From Candidatus Methylomirabilia bacterium (GTDB lineage Bacteria; Methylomirabilota; Methylomirabilia; Rokubacteriales; CSP1-6), in the NCBI GenBank assembly GCA_041497115.1, contig JBGQFW010000003.1, positions 15,120-79,119 of the forward strand: DNA of 64,000 bases. The letters run 5' to 3'. Shown in pieces: positions 35,725-43,730 of this stretch. Every line of letters starts with the position of its first letter. Position 1 is the stretch's first letter. The notes below the pieces were generated by a model, which was not told the origin of the DNA, did not search any database, and saw only the letters and a list, made by a program, of their open reading frames with translations. The translations under genes were made by a program, and so were the position numbers.

Positions 35725-38123
35725 CGGCGCCGCGCGAGCCGGCGGGCTGGGTCGGGCGGCCGCTGCCGCTGCGGGAGGACGCGCGGCTGGTGGCCGGCCG
35801 CGGGCGCTTCCTCGACGACCTGGCGGTCGGCCGCGTGCTGCACGCCGCCATGCTGCGCAGCCCCCACGCGCACGCGCGCATCGTCGCGCTCGACACGCGC
35901 GCGGCCGCCGCGCTGCCCGGCGTCGCCGCCGTCCTCACCGGCGCCGAGGCCGCCGCCGGGTCGCGGCCGATCCGGCCGCTCATCCCGACCGCGGTGCCGA
36001 TCGACGACTGGTGCCTGGCGGTGGATACCGCGCGCTACGCCGGCGAGGCGGTGGCGGCGGTGGCGGCGGTGGATCGCGCGACGGCAGAGGACGCGCTCGA
36101 CCTGATCCGCGTGGAGTGGGAGCCGCTGCCCGCCGCGGTGGACGCCGTGGCGGGGGCGCGCGGCGAGGGGCCGCTGCTCTACCCCGCGCTCGGCACCAAC
36201 GTCCTCTGGCACGACACGCTCGCCTACGGCGACGTGGACGCGGCGTTCGCCGCCGCCGACGGCGTGCTGGAGGAGCGCTTCGAGATCCAGCGCTACGCCT
36301 CCACGCCGCTCGAGACGTTCGGGTGCATCGCCGCGTACGACGCCGGCACCGACGCCTACACGTTCGACACCAACGACCAGCGGCCGGGGCTCACCCTGGC
36401 GATCCTCGCCGAGTCGCTCGGCGTGCCGCAGTCGCGGCTGCGGCTGGCGTGTCCCGACATCGGCGGCGGCTTCGGCAACAAGCGGCGGCCGGCCTACCTG
36501 CTGGTGTGCGCGCTGCTCGCGCGGCAAACCGGGCGGCCGGTGAAGTTCCTCGAGGACCGGCGCGAGAGCCTCGCCGCGCTCATGCAGGCCGCCGGCGGCG
36601 TGATGGAGCTGCGGCTGGCCTACCGCGCCGACGGCACGCTGCTCGCGCTGGACGTGCGCGACGTGACCGACGAGGGCAAGAACCTGGTCTCGCCGGCCCA
36701 GCACAACCTCATCAAGCTCGGCAACATCGCCAACGGCTATCGCCTCGGCGCCATCCGCTACGAGGCGTGGTCGGTGCTGACCAACACGTGCCCGAGCGGC
36801 GCCAACCGCGGCATCGGCAAGCCGTTCATGTGCTTCGCGATGGAGCGCGCGGTCGCGCTGCTGGCGCGGCGGCTCGGGATGGACCCGGCCGAGCTGCGGC
36901 TGCGCAACTACGTCGGCGCCGACCAGATGCCCTACGCCACGCCGACCGGCTCGCGCTACGACAGCGGCGACTATCCCGCCACGCTGCGCGCGGCGCTGGC
37001 GCGCTTCGACTACGCGGGCCGGCTCCAGGAGCAGGCGCGTGCGCGCGCCGGCGGCCGCCTGCTCGGCATCGGCATCGCCACCTCGGTCGAGCCCGCCGGC
37101 ACCAACCTCGCGTCCTACGAGATCATCACCGGCCGGCGGGCGGCGTCGGGGTCGGCCGAGGCGGCGATGGTGCGGGTCGAGCCGGACGGTCGGGTGCGGG
37201 CGGCGATCGGCGACCCGTCGAGCGGGCAGGGATACGAGACCGTGATCGCGCAGATCGTCGCCGACGAGCTGGGCGTGCGCCCCGACGACGTCGAGGTCGC
37301 GCGCGGCTTCGACTCGGCCACCACGCCGTGGCTCTATCTCTCCGGCAACTACTCCAACAAGTTCTCGGTGACCGACACCGGCGCCGTCATCGGCGCCGCC
37401 CGCCGCGTGCGCGACAAGCTGGTGCGGCTGGCCGCCCATCGCCTCGAGGCCGACCCCGCCGACCTCGAGCTGGCCGACGGCGCGGTCGGCGTGCGCGGCG
37501 CGCCGGCCCGCCGTCTCACGCTGGGCGAGCTGGCGCGCACCGCCTACGCCGACGTGCTCGGGCTGCCGCCCGGCGAGGAGCCGGGGCTGGAGGCGCGCCA
37601 CGCCCACCAGAACCCGCTCGCCGCGCCGATGGACGCCGCGCGCCGCGTGCCCTCGCAGCTCGTCTTCGCCAACGCCGCCCACTGCTGCCTGGTCGAGGTC
37701 GATCCGGCCACCGGCGGCGTGCGCATCCTCGCCTACGTGGTCGTCCACGACTGCGGCCGCGAGCTGAACCCGCTCATCGTGGAGGGGATGGTGCACGGCG
37801 CGACGGCGCACGGCATCGGCGCCGCGCTGCTCGAGGCGTTCCGCTACGACGCGGGCGGCCAGCTGCTGACCTCGACGTTCGCCGACTATCTCAAGCCGAC
37901 CGCCCTCGACGTGCCCGACATCGACGTCGGCCGCATCGAGCATCCCTCGCCCTTCACCCCGCTCGGCGCCAAGGGCGTCGGCGAAGGCGGCGCCATCCCC
38001 GCGCCCGCCGCCGTGGCCAACGCCGTCGAAGACGCCCTCACCCCATACGGGATCACGGTGCGCGCGCTGCCGATCACCCCCGAAACCATCTGGCGCTGGC
38101 TCAACCCACGATCGCCCGTGTGA
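35721..38123 (+). CDS. xanthine dehydrogenase family molybdopterin-binding large subunit (aldehyde/CO dehydrogenase-like)
   Basis: 800 aa with CoxL/XdhB-family sequence along its whole length. The GTG start overlaps the small-subunit stop (GTGA). Confidence 0.9.
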   Translation: MTAPREPAGWVGRPLPLREDARLVAGRGRFLDDLAVGRVLHAAMLRSPHAHARIVALDTRAAAALPGVAAVLTGAEAAAGSRPIRPLIPTAVPIDDWCLAVDTARYAGEAVAAVAAVDRATAEDALDLIRVEWEPLPAAVDAVAGARGEGPLLYPALGTNVLWHDTLAYGDVDAAFAAADGVLEERFEIQRYASTPLETFGCIAAYDAGTDAYTFDTNDQRPGLTLAILAESLGVPQSRLRLACPDIGGGFGNKRRPAYLLVCALLARQTGRPVKFLEDRRESLAALMQAAGGVMELRLAYRADGTLLALDVRDVTDEGKNLVSPAQHNLIKLGNIANGYRLGAIRYEAWSVLTNTCPSGANRGIGKPFMCFAMERAVALLARRLGMDPAELRLRNYVGADQMPYATPTGSRYDSGDYPATLRAALARFDYAGRLQEQARARAGGRLLGIGIATSVEPAGTNLASYEIITGRRAASGSAEAAMVRVEPDGRVRAAIGDPSSGQGYETVIAQIVADELGVRPDDVEVARGFDSATTPWLYLSGNYSNKFSVTDTGAVIGAARRVRDKLVRLAAHRLEADPADLELADGAVGVRGAPARRLTLGELARTAYADVLGLPPGEEPGLEARHAHQNPLAAPMDAARRVPSQLVFANAAHCCLVEVDPATGGVRILAYVVVHDCGRELNPLIVEGMVHGATAHGIGAALLEAFRYDAGGQLLTSTFADYLKPTALDVPDIDVGRIEHPSPFTPLGAKGVGEGGAIPAPAAVANAVEDALTPYGITVRALPITPETIWRWLNPRSPV

Positions 38124-38313
38124 GGTGACGCGCCGGAGGGCGGGCGGGACGGCGGGGTGGGGCCTGCGGGACTCGTTCCCGCCCCTCGGGCGAGCCGCGC
38201 GCCCCCCAGGTCTGATGGAGCCCAGCCAAGGCGGGTTCGATACGAGCGAAGCCCACGTGGTAGCCGCAGACCCCACCCCGCCGCCCCGCCCGCCCGGCGC
38301 CGCAACGCACAGG

Positions 38314-39015
38314 TCAGCGTCCCTTCCAGTCCGCCTTGCGCTTCTCGAGGAACGCGCGCACGCCCTCCTGGAAATCCTCGGAGAGGTAGCAGGACAGGAT
38401 CAGGTCCTCGAGGCTCGCCGGCGTCACCGCGGCGATGTAGCGGCGCGTCGCCTCCTTCACGGCGGCCAGCGTGAGCGGCGCGTGCTCGGTGATGCGGGCG
38501 GCGAGCTCGCGGGTGCGCGCCTCGAGCGCCGCCGCCGGGTGCACCTCGTCCACCAGCCCCATCGTCTTCGCCTCGGCGGCGCCGATCCGCCGCGCGGTGA
38601 GCACCATCTCGCGGGCGCGGATCGGCCCCACCGTGGCCACCATCAGCGCCAGGCTGGCCGGCGCCGCGAAGTTGCCGAGCGTGCGGGCGATGGGCGCGCC
38701 GAAGCGCGCGTGCTCGGCGGCCAGCCGCAGGTCGCACGCCAGCGCCATGAACATGCCGCCGCCGACGGCGTCGCCCTGGATCATCGCGATGGTCGGCTTC
38801 GTCATCCCGGCGATGCGGTTGAGGACGCGGCTGATGCGCGCCTCGTAGCCGAGCGCGTCCTCTTTCGTCTTGAAGGTCTGGAACTGGCGGATGTCCGTGC
38901 CGCTGACGAACGCCTTGTCGCCGGCGCCCCGGAGGATGACCACCCGCACGCCGGGCTCGGCGTCGAGCCGCGCGCAGAGGTCGTGCAGCCCCTCATGGTG
39001 CTCACGATAGCGCAT
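38314..39015 (-). CDS. enoyl-CoA hydratase/isomerase family protein (apparently lacking about 25 N-terminal residues)
   Basis: VRVVILRGAGDKAFVSGTDI...GGGMFMALACDLRLA crotonase core. An in-frame TAG lies 15 nt upstream of the first ATG. Confidence 0.7.
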   Translation of the reverse strand: MRYREHHEGLHDLCARLDAEPGVRVVILRGAGDKAFVSGTDIRQFQTFKTKEDALGYEARISRVLNRIAGMTKPTIAMIQGDAVGGGMFMALACDLRLAAEHARFGAPIARTLGNFAAPASLALMVATVGPIRAREMVLTARRIGAAEAKTMGLVDEVHPAAALEARTRELAARITEHAPLTLAAVKEATRRYIAAVTPASLEDLILSCYLSEDFQEGVRAFLEKRKADWKGR

Positions 39016-39044
39016 CGGCGCGTTCGCCTGCTACCCTAGGGCCC

Positions 39045-39335
39045 ATGCGCCGCTCCCCCGACGTCGTCGTCCGCGCCCAGCCCGACGAGGTGCTGCTCGC
39101 CAGCATCGCGGTGCTGCGCCGGCTCGGCGCCCGCATCACCCGGTACGACGGCGACGCCGGCATGCTGGAGGCCCGCGTGCGGCGCTTCTGGCGGTGGGCG
39201 CTGATCCGCCTGCGCGCCGAGCCCGACGGCGCCGGCGCCACCCGGCTGCGCGTCGAGAGCGACGCGCTCGGGTGGGCGCCCATGTTCCGCCGCTTCCGCG
39301 GCGCCCTCGAGACGCTGGTGCAGCCGGCGTCATGA
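39045..39335 (+). CDS. hypothetical protein
   Basis: 96 aa with non-repetitive composition. It is translationally coupled (ATGA) to pcp. Confidence 0.5.
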   Translation: MRRSPDVVVRAQPDEVLLASIAVLRRLGARITRYDGDAGMLEARVRRFWRWALIRLRAEPDGAGATRLRVESDALGWAPMFRRFRGALETLVQPAS

Positions 39336-39955
39336 GCCGTCCCACGCTGCTCCTCACCGGGTTCGAGCCCTTCGGCGGCCACGGCGCCAACCCCTCCGAG
39401 GAGGTGGCCAAGGCCCTCGACGGCCGGGCCGTCGGCGGCGCCGTCGTGCGGAGCGCGGTGCTGCCGGTGGATCACGCCGCCGCCGGCCCCCGCGTCGCGC
39501 GGCTCGTGGACGACCTCGACCCGCGCGCGATCGTGCACCTCGGACTGGCCGCCGGCCGGGCCCGCCTCGCGCTCGAGCGCGTGGCCGTCAACGTGATGGA
39601 CTTCGACACGCCCGACAACACCGGCTACCGCGCGCGCGGCGAGGCGTGCGTGGCCGGCGGCCCCGCCGCCTACTTCGCCACGCTGCCGCTGGACGCCATC
39701 CTCGAGGCGCTGCGCGGGGAGGGGGTGCCGGCGTACATCTCGAACACCGCCGGCACGTACCTCTGCAACCAGACGCTGTACGGCACGCTGCACCGGCTCG
39801 CCGCGCGGCCGCATCCGCCCGCCGCCGGGTTCATCCACCTGCCGCTGCTGCCCGCGATGGTCGCGGCCGGCGGCCTCGAGCAGCCGAGCATGGACGCCGG
39901 GCTGATGGTCCGCGCGGTCGAGATCGCGCTCGGCGTCGTCGCGCGCGCTTCGTGA
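39332..39955 (+). CDS. pcp: pyroglutamyl-peptidase I (peptidase C15)
   Basis: LLLTGFEPFGGHGANPSEEVAKAL...NTAGTYLCNQTLYGTLH (catalytic Cys) ...FIHLP. Confidence 0.85.
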   Translation: MSRPTLLLTGFEPFGGHGANPSEEVAKALDGRAVGGAVVRSAVLPVDHAAAGPRVARLVDDLDPRAIVHLGLAAGRARLALERVAVNVMDFDTPDNTGYRARGEACVAGGPAAYFATLPLDAILEALRGEGVPAYISNTAGTYLCNQTLYGTLHRLAARPHPPAAGFIHLPLLPAMVAAGGLEQPSMDAGLMVRAVEIALGVVARAS

Positions 39956-41205
39956 GCCCGCTGCGCCACAACGTCCTCGCCCTCGGCGCGGACTACGGCC
40001 TGTACATGGTGGGGCTGACCTTCGCCTCGCAGTCGACGATCCTGCCGGCGTTCGCCGCCTGGCTCGGCGCGCCCAACGTGCTCATCGGCGCCATCCCGGC
40101 GGTGATGACGCTCGGCTGGTTCCTGCCCTCGCTCTTCGCGGCGGGCCACACCGAGACGCTCACGCGGAAGCTGCCGTTCATCATGAAGTGGACGGTGTGG
40201 GAGCGGGCGCCGTTCCTGGCGCTGGCGCTGCTCGCGTTCGTCACGGCCGAGCGGTGGCCGGGCCTCACGCTGGGGCTCGTGCTGTGCCTGCTGCTCGTCA
40301 CCACCGGCGTCGGCGGCTTCCTCATGCCGGCGTGGATGGACCTCATCGGCCGGGCGCTGCCGACGACGATCCGCGGCCGGTTCTTCGCCCTGTCGAACTT
40401 CGTCGCCGGGCTCGTCGGGTTTGCCGCCAGCCTGCTGATCGCCGAGGTGCTGCGCCGCGTGCCGGCGCCCGCCTCCTACGGCCTCTGCTTCCTCGGCGCC
40501 ACGATCTGCGTCGGTCTCTCGTACGTGGCGCTGGCGCTGGTGCGCGAGCCGCCCGCCGAGGCGGCGGCGACGCCCGTGCCGCTGCGCGCGTACCTGGGGC
40601 GGATGCCGGGTCTCCTGCGCCGTGACCGCAACCTGTCCTGGTTCCTCGTCGCCCGCGCCTTCGCGATCACCGGCGCGATGGCGTCCGGGTTCTACACCGT
40701 CTACGCGCTGCGCGCCTGGCAGGCGCCCGCCGCGCAGGCGGGGGTGTTCACCGCGCTGATGCTGCTCGGGCAGTCGGCCGGGACGCTGACGCTCGGCTGG
40801 GTGGCCGACCACGCCGGCCACCGGCTCGTGCTCCTGACCGGGATGACCGCGGGGGCCGCGGGGAGCGCGGTCGCGCTGGTGGCGCCGACGCTGGGCGCGT
40901 TCGGCGTGGTCTTCGTGCTGTTCGGCGTGCAGGTCGCCGCCATCAACGTGTCGAACCTCAACGTGCTGCTGGAGTTCTCGCCGACGCCCCAGGCGCAGCC
41001 CACGTACATCGGGCTGGGCTCGACGTCGATGGCGCCGGTCGCCTTCGTCTCTCCGCTGGCGGGCGGCCTGCTCGCCGACGCGGCGGGCTTCCGCGCGATG
41101 TTCGTCGTGGCGCTGGCCTTCGCGCTCGTCGGCCTCGTCATGATGGCCACGCTGGTGCGCGATCCCCGCCACGTCCTCGCCGGCGCGCGTGAGGCCGGCG
41201 CGTGA
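39952..41205 (+). CDS. MFS transporter
   Basis: Twelve TM segments. The GTG start overlaps the pcp stop. Confidence 0.8.
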   Translation: MSPLRHNVLALGADYGLYMVGLTFASQSTILPAFAAWLGAPNVLIGAIPAVMTLGWFLPSLFAAGHTETLTRKLPFIMKWTVWERAPFLALALLAFVTAERWPGLTLGLVLCLLLVTTGVGGFLMPAWMDLIGRALPTTIRGRFFALSNFVAGLVGFAASLLIAEVLRRVPAPASYGLCFLGATICVGLSYVALALVREPPAEAAATPVPLRAYLGRMPGLLRRDRNLSWFLVARAFAITGAMASGFYTVYALRAWQAPAAQAGVFTALMLLGQSAGTLTLGWVADHAGHRLVLLTGMTAGAAGSAVALVAPTLGAFGVVFVLFGVQVAAINVSNLNVLLEFSPTPQAQPTYIGLGSTSMAPVAFVSPLAGGLLADAAGFRAMFVVALAFALVGLVMMATLVRDPRHVLAGAREAGA

Positions 41206-41915
41206 AGGCGCTCCTGCTCGACCTCGACGACACGCTGCTCGACTACTCGAGCGGCGCCGAGCGCTGCTGGCAACAGGCGTGCGAGGCGGCGGCGGGCGCC
41301 CTCGACCAGCCACGGCTGACGGCGGCGCTGGCCGAGGCGCGCCGGTGGTTCTGGAGCGATCCCGACCGCCACCGCCGGGAGCGTATCGACATGCCGCGGG
41401 CGTGGACGCAGATCGCCGCCCGCGCGCTCCAGGCGTACGGCGCTCCCGAGCCGGCGCGGGCGGCGGCGCTCGCCGCGGACTTCTCGGCGCGCCGGCGGTC
41501 GGTGATGGAGCTCTTTCCCGAGTCGCGCGCCTGCCTGGCGGCGTTGCGCGAGCGCGGGCTGCCGCTGGGCCTCGTCACCAACGGCGACGCCCGCGAGCAG
41601 CGCTGGAAGATCGAGCGCTGTGACCTCGAGCGCTTCTTCGACGTCATCGTGATCGAGGGCGAGGTCGGGGCGGGTAAGCCCGACGCGATCGTGTACCGGA
41701 CGGCGCTGGCGAGCCTCGGCGTCGAGCCGGACCGCGAGGTCTGGATGGTGGGCGATCACCTCGAGTTCGACGTGGCCGGCGCCCAACGCTTCGGGCTGCG
41801 CGGCGTGTGGCTGGACCGCGGCGGGACCGGGCTGCCGGCCGACTCGCCGGTGCGACCCGACCGGATCGTGCGCGCGCTCGACGACGTGGTGCGCGCGGCG
41901 GAGATGATCTCGTGA
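41202..41915 (+). CDS. HAD family hydrolase
   Basis: LLLDLDDTLLD (DxDxT motif I), LGLVTNG (motif II), K...GDhlefD (motifs III/IV). Confidence 0.8.
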   Translation: MKALLLDLDDTLLDYSSGAERCWQQACEAAAGALDQPRLTAALAEARRWFWSDPDRHRRERIDMPRAWTQIAARALQAYGAPEPARAAALAADFSARRRSVMELFPESRACLAALRERGLPLGLVTNGDAREQRWKIERCDLERFFDVIVIEGEVGAGKPDAIVYRTALASLGVEPDREVWMVGDHLEFDVAGAQRFGLRGVWLDRGGTGLPADSPVRPDRIVRALDDVVRAAEMIS

Positions 41916-42043
41916 AGCTGGCGCTGTTACAGGCGGTGATCTGGCTGCTGACCGCGGTCTTCGTGGTGATGCTCTTCACGCCGCTGGTGGCCGAGATGAT
42001 GTGGCGCCTGGCGACGTCGAGCGGCCAGACCGGGCTACCTTGA
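41912..42043 (+). CDS. hypothetical 43-aa single-TM peptide
   Basis: VKLALLQAVIWLLTAVFVVMLFTPLVAEMMWRL. The GTG overlaps the HAD stop (GTGA). Confidence 0.3.
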   Translation: MKLALLQAVIWLLTAVFVVMLFTPLVAEMMWRLATSSGQTGLP

Positions 42044-42077
42044 TCTAGCCGGGGGCCCTCTCGGGGCCCCAGCTAAA

Positions 42078-42701
42078 TCAACGGCCCCAGCGGTAGTCGC
42101 CGTCGGAGCCGCGGCGGCCGCGGCCGCTGCGATCCTCGCCGGGGGGAGCGGTGCGCTTGGGGCCGCCTCGGCGCGGGCCCTTGCCGAACTCGTTGCCGGG
42201 GCTCGGTCCGCCTGGCCGGCGGTCGCGCCGGTTGCCGCGGCCATCGGGGACCGGGGGCGTCCATCCTCCGGCCCCTCCACCGCCGCCGCCGGGGCCACCA
42301 CCGAAGCGGGAGCCGCCGGCAGGCCGTGGCCCGCTGCCGCCTGGGCGAGGCGCGAAGCCCCCGCCACCGCCACCGGGGCGAGGCGCGAAGCCGCCGCCCG
42401 CCGGGCGGTCGAAGCGCGGACCGGTCGGTCGCGGTCGCGCGGGGCCACCGGCGCCGCGGGGGGTGGCTCGATCGACCCGGATCATCCGGCCGTCCAGGCT
42501 CGAGCCGTTCAGCCCGCTGATGGCCCGCTCGGCCTCCTCCTCGCTGGCCATCTCCACGAAGCCGAACCCTCTCGACCGTCCCGTCTCCCTGTCCGTCATG
42601 ACCGCCGCCGACTGCACGGGCCCGAAGCGGGCGAACGCCTCGCGCAGTCCGTCGGTCGACGTGGTGAATGACAAGCCCCCCACGAACAGCCTCACCGGCA
42701 T
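42078..42701 (-). CDS. RRM-type glycine-rich RNA-binding protein
   Basis: RNP2 LFVGGL and RNP1 RGFGFVEM, followed by a roughly 120-aa Gly/Arg/Pro-rich tail. SD AAAGGAG precedes it. Confidence 0.85.
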   Translation of the reverse strand: MPVRLFVGGLSFTTSTDGLREAFARFGPVQSAAVMTDRETGRSRGFGFVEMASEEEAERAISGLNGSSLDGRMIRVDRATPRGAGGPARPRPTGPRFDRPAGGGFAPRPGGGGGGFAPRPGGSGPRPAGGSRFGGGPGGGGGGAGGWTPPVPDGRGNRRDRRPGGPSPGNEFGKGPRRGGPKRTAPPGEDRSGRGRRGSDGDYRWGR

Positions 42702-42946
42702 GAGAACGCTCCTTTCATCTCATCTCTCTCCATCCGGAGTACTCCTGTAGACAAGTATAGCGAGACCGTACAGCGAGCCGCTCAGCCGGGCAGCATCAGG
42801 AGCAGGCCGGTCAGCAGGGCGGCGCCCAGCCCCGCCTCCACCAGCACCTCGCGGGCCTGCCGCCGGAGCTGCCCGATCACCCACGTGTCCGTCACCGCCT
42901 CGATCCCTTGCTCGACCTCGCGCTGACCGCGCGCCGCCAGGCGGAC

Positions 42947-43144
42947 TCAGGTGTGGTCGCGGGCCTGCAGCAGCCCCAGCGCGCCCATATAGAAGGGAAG
43001 GAACAGGGCCAGCCGGGCGCCCCGGGGCCCGCCGAAGGCCACCAGCAGGACGCCGGCGACGACGGCCACGGCCACCATGGCGATGCCCAGGCGGAGGCGC
43101 TTGTGCCGCCCGGGAGACCCGATGTTCCGCGCGATCGTCGCCAT
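42947..43144 (-). CDS. DUF2892 (YgaP-like) small membrane protein
   Basis: MATIARNIGSPGRHKRLRLGIAMVAVAVVAGVLLVAFGGP...LPFYMGALGLL matches the NxGxxDRxxRxxxG...G pattern of the family. It ends at a TGA, after which the same frame stays coding for 54 more codons. Confidence 0.5.
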   Translation of the reverse strand: MATIARNIGSPGRHKRLRLGIAMVAVAVVAGVLLVAFGGPRGARLALFLPFYMGALGLLQARDHT

Positions 43145-43259
43145 GAGCCGAATCCCCGCTTAAGGTATCACCGATCCGCTCGACAACATTGCGCATCCCG
43201 GTAACCCGGTGCTAGATTGGGGCCGCAGCCAGACGACCCCCAGAGCGGCGAGGGCAGAC

Positions 43260-43706
43260 ATGGAAGACACGCAGCTGCGCGAGCGGATCACGCGCTGGAT
43301 GGAGGAGAGCAAGGAGCTCTTCGCCCTGCTGCCCGAGTTCCTCGAGATCGAGCAGAAGCTGAGCGCCAAGACCGACCACGCCGAGAAGGAGAGCGAGCGC
43401 CTGCGCAAGGAGCTCAACGAGCTGCGCAAGGAGCTCGGCGAGGCGAAGACCCAGGGCGTGGGCATGCGCAAGGAGCACGGCGAGATCCAGAAGGAGCTCG
43501 ACGACCTGCGCAAGCAGAACGAGGCGATCCGCGCGGAGAAGGACGAGGCGACCCAGGCGCTCACCAAGGTGCTCGAGACCGTGCAGGCCACCAACCAGAT
43601 CGCGCAGAAGCTCGGCGTCACCAAGAGTCCGTTTGCCCGCCGCGTGGAAGCGCCGGCGGCCGCACCCACCCCCGCTCCCGCTCCGGCTCCCACGCCCCAC
43701 GAATAG
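43260..43706 (+). CDS. hypothetical coiled-coil protein with a C-terminal Ala/Pro/Thr-rich tail
   Basis: KESERLRKELNELRKELGEAKTQ...KELDDLRKQNEAIRAEKDEA heptad-like repeats. SD GAGGG is 5 nt before the ATG at 43260. Confidence 0.6.
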   Translation: MEDTQLRERITRWMEESKELFALLPEFLEIEQKLSAKTDHAEKESERLRKELNELRKELGEAKTQGVGMRKEHGEIQKELDDLRKQNEAIRAEKDEATQALTKVLETVQATNQIAQKLGVTKSPFARRVEAPAAAPTPAPAPAPTPHE

Positions 43707-43730
43707 CGCGCATCGGCGTCCCGCCGGGGC

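Noticed and set aside
35661-38276. 871-aa minus ORF
   Set aside because: Antisense to the molybdopterin large-subunit gene; G/R/A/D-rich.
39670-41313. 547-aa minus ORF
   Set aside because: Antisense to the MFS transporter and HAD genes; R/G/E/H-rich.
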